DNA of 64,000 nucleotides from an uncultured Bacilli bacterium (GTDB lineage Bacteria; Bacillota_I; Bacilli_A; RF39; UBA660): NCBI GenBank assembly GCA_934102055.1, contig CAKOSE010000001.1, positions 53,740 to 117,739 of the forward strand, read 5' to 3'. Shown piece by piece: positions 59,510 to 64,000 of this stretch (position 1 is its first letter; each line of letters starts with the position of its first letter). The notes under the pieces were generated by a model. It saw only the letters and a program-made list of their open reading frames with translations, ran no database searches and was not told where the DNA came from. The position numbers and the translations under genes were made by a program.

Positions 59510-61000
59510 TTAGTTCTTTTTGAAATACATTTGTACTTCACGTAAATATTTTATTACAAAACGTAATAATAGAAAGTGCTCGATAAGTAATGTTCTGTTA
59601 TTTTTTACAGAATATATTTTATTTTTTAATATACCACATCTTTTTTTCATTTTATTGTGCTTATCAATATTTATATTTGGTTTAAATATAATATCCAATT
59701 CATTATACTTTGTGTAAAACATGAGTCTTGTTTTTTTTCTATCTAAAGTAATAAAACCAGAAAAACTTTTAATAATATTCATGTCATCATTTAAAAATGA
59801 TTTTCTATTTTTATCTGTTTCTAAAAGATTTATTTTATAAGTTTTCCCAACTTCGTCAACATATAAATGATTAAACTCAAAATATGATGACATTTTTATC
59901 AATCCATTTATCCAGAGTTTTTCTCTTTTTAAGGACATATTAGTTATTGAAAAACTATTTTTGTTTATTATTTTATCAATTTTTTTATTTTTGAAGTAAG
60001 CAAAACCATCTTTAAATTCAAGGTCATCTTTAGGCAATTCATCATATTTTAGTTTTAGTAAATACAACTTGGTATCTAAAACAACTTTATTTGTATTAAT
60101 TATAACATCATCATCGATTTGTTTTATTATGTTAATTATTCTATTTTGATAATCTTTTTTTATAGTTGGAGATATGTTTTCAGGAATTTCTTCCCCTACC
60201 CTATATTTTATGGCATTGATAAGAATGTATTGTATATAGGGTAGTATTGACTTATATTTGTTTTTTGATAGTTCTACTAAATATTCATAATAATACTTTA
60301 CGGTGTCTGTATATGCTTCAACTTTATATTTCTTATTTTGAGTTGCAGATGTCATATCAGATCTTTTTCTTATATTATAGATACAATCACTCATTAAAGC
60401 ATACTTTTCTTTTTTTAATATAATCTCAGTTACATATTTAGCATCTTCGGCATATTTTAACTTTTCATCAAATTTATAATTCTTTGCAACTTCTGTTCTT
60501 ATAAAAACCGAAGCAACACTTAATTGGATAAAGCTTGGACAGTCATTAATATTTATTGTTTTATTTCCATTTTCATATTTATAATCCAAAGAATGAACAC
60601 TTTTTTTTCCTTCAAAGTATTTTTGCCTACAACTAATTAGATCAATATTTTTATTGGTGTCAAAAAAGTGATTAATTTTTTGAAAAACGTCATTGTTCCA
60701 AATATCGTCAGCATCAAAAAAATTAATGTATTCCCCAGTGGCAAGTTTGAGTCCTTCGTTTCTGGCTTTAGAAACACCACTATTTTTTTGTTTTTTATAA
60801 ATTACATTATTGGGATACCTACTTACATATTTTTTACATATTTCATCTGAATTATCTGTACTTCCATCATTAATAAGAATTAATTCAATATTTCTTTCAA
60901 AATCTATTGTTTGATTGATAACAGAGCTAATTGATTCATCCAGAAAATGTCCAACATTATATATAGGCATAATGACTGAAAATTTAATTTTTTTACTCAT
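59510..61000 (-). CDS. GT2 glycosyltransferase with C-terminal extension
   Basis: N-terminal 100 aa nearly identical in motif pattern to the GT2 domain of the 49683-52364 fusion protein. Confidence 0.7.
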   Translation of the reverse strand: MSKKIKFSVIMPIYNVGHFLDESISSVINQTIDFERNIELILINDGSTDNSDEICKKYVSRYPNNVIYKKQKNSGVSKARNEGLKLATGEYINFFDADDIWNNDVFQKINHFFDTNKNIDLISCRQKYFEGKKSVHSLDYKYENGNKTININDCPSFIQLSVASVFIRTEVAKNYKFDEKLKYAEDAKYVTEIILKKEKYALMSDCIYNIRKRSDMTSATQNKKYKVEAYTDTVKYYYEYLVELSKNKYKSILPYIQYILINAIKYRVGEEIPENISPTIKKDYQNRIINIIKQIDDDVIINTNKVVLDTKLYLLKLKYDELPKDDLEFKDGFAYFKNKKIDKIINKNSFSITNMSLKREKLWINGLIKMSSYFEFNHLYVDEVGKTYKINLLETDKNRKSFLNDDMNIIKSFSGFITLDRKKTRLMFYTKYNELDIIFKPNINIDKHNKMKKRCGILKNKIYSVKNNRTLLIEHFLLLRFVIKYLREVQMYFKKN

Positions 61001-61011
61001 ATAGCACCTCT

Positions 61012-62136
61012 TTACTCGTTAACTGGTAGTTCCCATTTTTTTATGTTCTTGTTTTTATTTTTGAGTCTTTTATAATTAATAAGTTTTTCCAGTTGCTTTT
61101 TCTTTCCAATTTCATCAGGTATTTGTTGTCCTAAAAACTGTGTTTTCCCGTTTCCTTCGACTATTACTACTTCACCTTTGTCATTGATTGCAACATCCCA
61201 ACCTATGTATCTTGTTTTGTCAAACGCTAGTGCTGCTTTTTTGGCTACATTTATTACTTCTTGCCATTTTGGTATTTGAAAGCCTTTAAATCTAATATTG
61301 GTATCTGGATGAAACTCATAAACTATATTTGTTTCATCTTTGCCATCAGTAATTATAATACCAGTTTCTGGATCTATCATAGCTAGTATTCCTCCGTCTC
61401 CACCATTATCTACAAATGAAGATCCTTGTCCTACTTTTATAAATGGTAAATGAATAAAGACATTATCTTTCTCATCTCTATACGTTACTATTCTTAAAGT
61501 GTTAAGGGATTCTGGATGCAAAGAAGCTGTTTCTTTACACTGGATAATTCTTTCTTCTAGTATTACTTCACCGTCTCTTAAAATATAATTAAACATGTCT
61601 TTTATGCTATCATATTCAGAGAAATCTATCAGTTCTATTCCAGAACCAAAAGATGATGAAATAGGTTTTTTAACGAATTGATTATGTTTATGTACGAAAT
61701 TTTCAAAATCTTTATAATCATTTACTCCTATTTTTATCATATCTCTTTTGTAAAATTTCTTTAAAAGTTCGTAAGTTTTATATTTATCATTTAAAGTTTG
61801 TTGTCCTTCTATTTGTCCTAACAAATACAAATAGTTTTGTCTATCTCTATTAATTATAAATTTCTTTCTTTGAAAATGATTTTTGTTTTTAAATCCAAAC
61901 AAGAAATATTCCTTAAATGATAAATTATAATGTGCTCTGCAATAACTCATATCATTTTTAAAGTATTTTTTTTCTGCACTTGATAAATTATGTTTATTTG
62001 TATATGTATCTATTGTTTCATTTATAACTTTTTTTCTTATTTCATTTGAGCATTGATACATTTTTTTTAAAATAAATGGTTTGAAGATAATTGATTTTCT
62101 AGCAAGTCCCATTATAATTTTCTTTTTTGTTACCAT
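61012..62136 (-). CDS. TupA-like sugar-transfer-associated ATP-grasp protein (1 of 3)
   Basis: ATP-grasp core ...GSGIELIDF...LRIVTYRD...VDNGGDGGILAMIDPETG...WDVAI. Confidence 0.6.
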   Translation of the reverse strand: MVTKKKIIMGLARKSIIFKPFILKKMYQCSNEIRKKVINETIDTYTNKHNLSSAEKKYFKNDMSYCRAHYNLSFKEYFLFGFKNKNHFQRKKFIINRDRQNYLYLLGQIEGQQTLNDKYKTYELLKKFYKRDMIKIGVNDYKDFENFVHKHNQFVKKPISSSFGSGIELIDFSEYDSIKDMFNYILRDGEVILEERIIQCKETASLHPESLNTLRIVTYRDEKDNVFIHLPFIKVGQGSSFVDNGGDGGILAMIDPETGIIITDGKDETNIVYEFHPDTNIRFKGFQIPKWQEVINVAKKAALAFDKTRYIGWDVAINDKGEVVIVEGNGKTQFLGQQIPDEIGKKKQLEKLINYKRLKNKNKNIKKWELPVNE

Positions 62137-62163
62137 ATTATAACTCCCATCGATTATTTTATT

Positions 62164-63231
62164 TTATTTTATTAAATGATGATATCTATAAAAGTCTCCT
62201 AAAGGTTTATTTTTTTGTCCACCCCATAACTGAAGAATATTTATACCTGAAGAGGCATTTGCTTCTATGATGCACATACCTTTTTCTGTTAAAAGTACAT
62301 CCCATGCAACAAAGTTTAAATATGGAAATTTATTAGCTAAGTCAACTATTTCACGTTTTATTTTATTCCAACCTGGAATTTTAACTCCTTCTATAGGACG
62401 TTTACTATCAGGATGTATCTTATAAGTCTTTGTGTTGTGCAGACATTTAGCAGCACTTAATTCACCTGTTTCTAAATCCACCTTGGCAACAAGACCTCCT
62501 TGACTACCGTTATCAACAGGTATTGTATTGAAAGTGCCTATTCTTTGAACGGCAAAATAAAGGATAAATTTTTCAGTTTTTGGATCTTTAAAGGTTACTA
62601 GTCTAAGAGTATTAGAAGTTTTATCATAAAGATTATTTAAATATTCATTTTGTTTTACTGTTTCACAAACAAAATAGTTTTTTTCTTTTTCAAAATACTT
62701 TAGAATTTCATTTCTAGTTGTTTCTTTTTCATTTATAAAATACTTTTTATTTAGATACTCAAAAGTAGCTACACCATTACCTTTTCCACTATCTATAGGT
62801 TTTAAATATAAACTATTATTTTTTTCTAAGAATTGTACTAGATCCTCAGTAGTATTTATATTTTCACCAAAATTAGCGATAGATTTATTTTGTTTTAGAC
62901 AATATATTGCAGGAACATATATGTATTGTTTTAAAAGTTCAGTAGTCACTATTTTATTGTTTAAAATGAATTTGTAATTGCCATTAATGTATCTTGATTT
63001 ATACCAATCAAATTCTGACAAGTATTCTTTTTTTCTTTTATGATTAAGTTTATATAGTACTACTTGGTCTCCGATGTATCCGCCGTTAATGTTCCAATAA
63101 ATTCTCTTGAAAAAAGGAACTTTCATATGAGATTTAGCAAATAAAATTCTAACAATCCATAAAAGGGCTAATCTTGCTTTTCTCCCTAAATAATCATTGG
63201 TTCTTCTTAAAAATTTCATCATAATTATCAC
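62164..63231 (-). CDS. TupA-like ATP-grasp protein (2 of 3)
   Basis: Paralogous motifs LRLVTFKD...VDNGSQGGLVAKVDLETG...WDVLL. Confidence 0.6.
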   Translation of the reverse strand: MIIMMKFLRRTNDYLGRKARLALLWIVRILFAKSHMKVPFFKRIYWNINGGYIGDQVVLYKLNHKRKKEYLSEFDWYKSRYINGNYKFILNNKIVTTELLKQYIYVPAIYCLKQNKSIANFGENINTTEDLVQFLEKNNSLYLKPIDSGKGNGVATFEYLNKKYFINEKETTRNEILKYFEKEKNYFVCETVKQNEYLNNLYDKTSNTLRLVTFKDPKTEKFILYFAVQRIGTFNTIPVDNGSQGGLVAKVDLETGELSAAKCLHNTKTYKIHPDSKRPIEGVKIPGWNKIKREIVDLANKFPYLNFVAWDVLLTEKGMCIIEANASSGINILQLWGGQKNKPLGDFYRYHHLIK

Positions 63232-64000
63232 CTTTTCTCTCTTCGATCAATAAATTTAAATAATTTATGTGGCATATGTTTATCATATCCATATATTTTC
63301 TTTTTTTGTTCTATTTTATATAATAAATACTTTATGGAATGTGGCTTCAACTTATCTATTTTCATATAATCAGGATACCTATTTATTTCTGGAAATTTAA
63401 TTCCATTATCTGTAATAGATACGTCAAAACCAAAGTATTCAATTTGTTCAAAGAAACTGGAAATTTCTTTTATGTCATTTAAAATTTTTTTCCAATCAGG
63501 TATAGATCCTTCGATAGGGACATGCGTATCTGGGTGTTCCTTGCAGGATGTTATTTTTAAATCATCTGTTATTATTAATGCATCATGGAAAATACCTGTT
63601 TCTTCATCGATAGTAACATTAATTCCACCAGCTCCAATATTATCAACGGTACCAGTTTTACTTGAACCGAATCTCATGTAAATATTTCCAATTTCAGGAG
63701 TTTTGCCATCTGCTTTAAAAACTATTACTCTCATTGTGTTAACGGAGCCGGCATATATTTTATTTATAAAATCACTCTGTTTAATATACTCAGTCACTAA
63801 ATACTCATTATTTTTATCCGATAATATATTGATAATATCTTGTTCAGTGGCTTCATTTAAATTTAAGTATAGTTTATTGTTTTTATAGCTTACTCTATAA
63901 AAACCTTCTCCGTGAGAACCATTATCTCTTTTTAATGCTATATCTCCTTCTTTTTTTATTAAATTAAATATATCTCTATAAGTGTTTTTATACCCACTTG
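63228..64000 (-). CDS. TupA-like ATP-grasp protein (3 of 3), N-terminus beyond the window
   Basis: Motifs MRVIVFK...VDNIGAGGINVTIDEETG...FDVSI. The frame stays open upstream of the annotated GTG to position 64000. Confidence 0.55.
   Translation of the reverse strand, partial: SGYKNTYRDIFNLIKKEGDIALKRDNGSHGEGFYRVSYKNNKLYLNLNEATEQDIINILSDKNNEYLVTEYIKQSDFINKIYAGSVNTMRVIVFKADGKTPEIGNIYMRFGSSKTGTVDNIGAGGINVTIDEETGIFHDALIITDDLKITSCKEHPDTHVPIEGSIPDWKKILNDIKEISSFFEQIEYFGFDVSITDNGIKFPEINRYPDYMKIDKLKPHSIKYLLYKIEQKKKIYGYDKHMPHKLFKFIDRREKR

Noticed and set aside
1-64000. CRISPR arrays, IS elements, prophage or integrative-element genes
   Set aside because: No regularly spaced direct repeats, transposase, phage structural genes or integrase-associated att repeats were seen anywhere in the window.

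Overview
This is an AT-rich segment (about 27-28% GC) that looks like it comes from a spore-forming Clostridium-type Firmicute, since sspI, spoIIM and spoIVB homologues are present. No CRISPR array, transposase or prophage genes were seen. The window falls into four parts.

1. Positions 1-18.8 kb are housekeeping. They hold nrdD (5'-truncated by the window edge) and nrdG, an Smr-domain gene, an LRR/FN3 surface protein, sspI, a DUF1653 gene and a LemA-DUF2207 pair. Next come hisS tightly coupled to a TtcA-like PP-loop ATPase, lexA with a candidate SOS operator, and a T-box leader upstream of glyQS. A yneF-like gene, a YhhQ-like gene and lepA-hemW complete this part.

2. Positions 19-29 kb are an adhesion island. 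A 690-aa membrane-anchored protein has a GC-rich, hairpin-rich 3' end whose codon usage looks foreign. It is followed by a complete Tad/Flp pilus locus (flp, two tadE-like genes, tadZ/cpaE, tadA/cpaF, tadB, tadC). After that come a large surface protein with a probable thioester domain and four CnaB/SpaA-type repeats, and a sortase.

3. Positions 29-43.9 kb are housekeeping again. The genes are yebC-tcdA, ltaS, rarA, xerD-deoB, an HTH gene-mnmA, spoIIM, a UPF0316 gene, a two-component system and spoIVB.

4. Positions 43.9-64 kb are a single uninterrupted minus-strand cluster of about 20 kb for a cell-wall glycopolymer of teichoic-acid type. It contains a 921-aa protein with three GT2 domains, a WecB/RmlD-like/FnlA-like trio for a UDP-6-deoxy-L-HexNAc (the FnlA-like gene is frameshifted), and a GT2-TagF fusion. 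It also has tarI/tarJ (CDP-ribitol), tagGH, a second TagF-like gene and a further GT2. Two paralogous His-motif proteins of unknown function and three tandem TupA-like ATP-grasp genes complete it. The last ATP-grasp gene runs off the window edge.

The most novel candidates are this glycopolymer cluster and the Tad + thioester-adhesin + sortase island.
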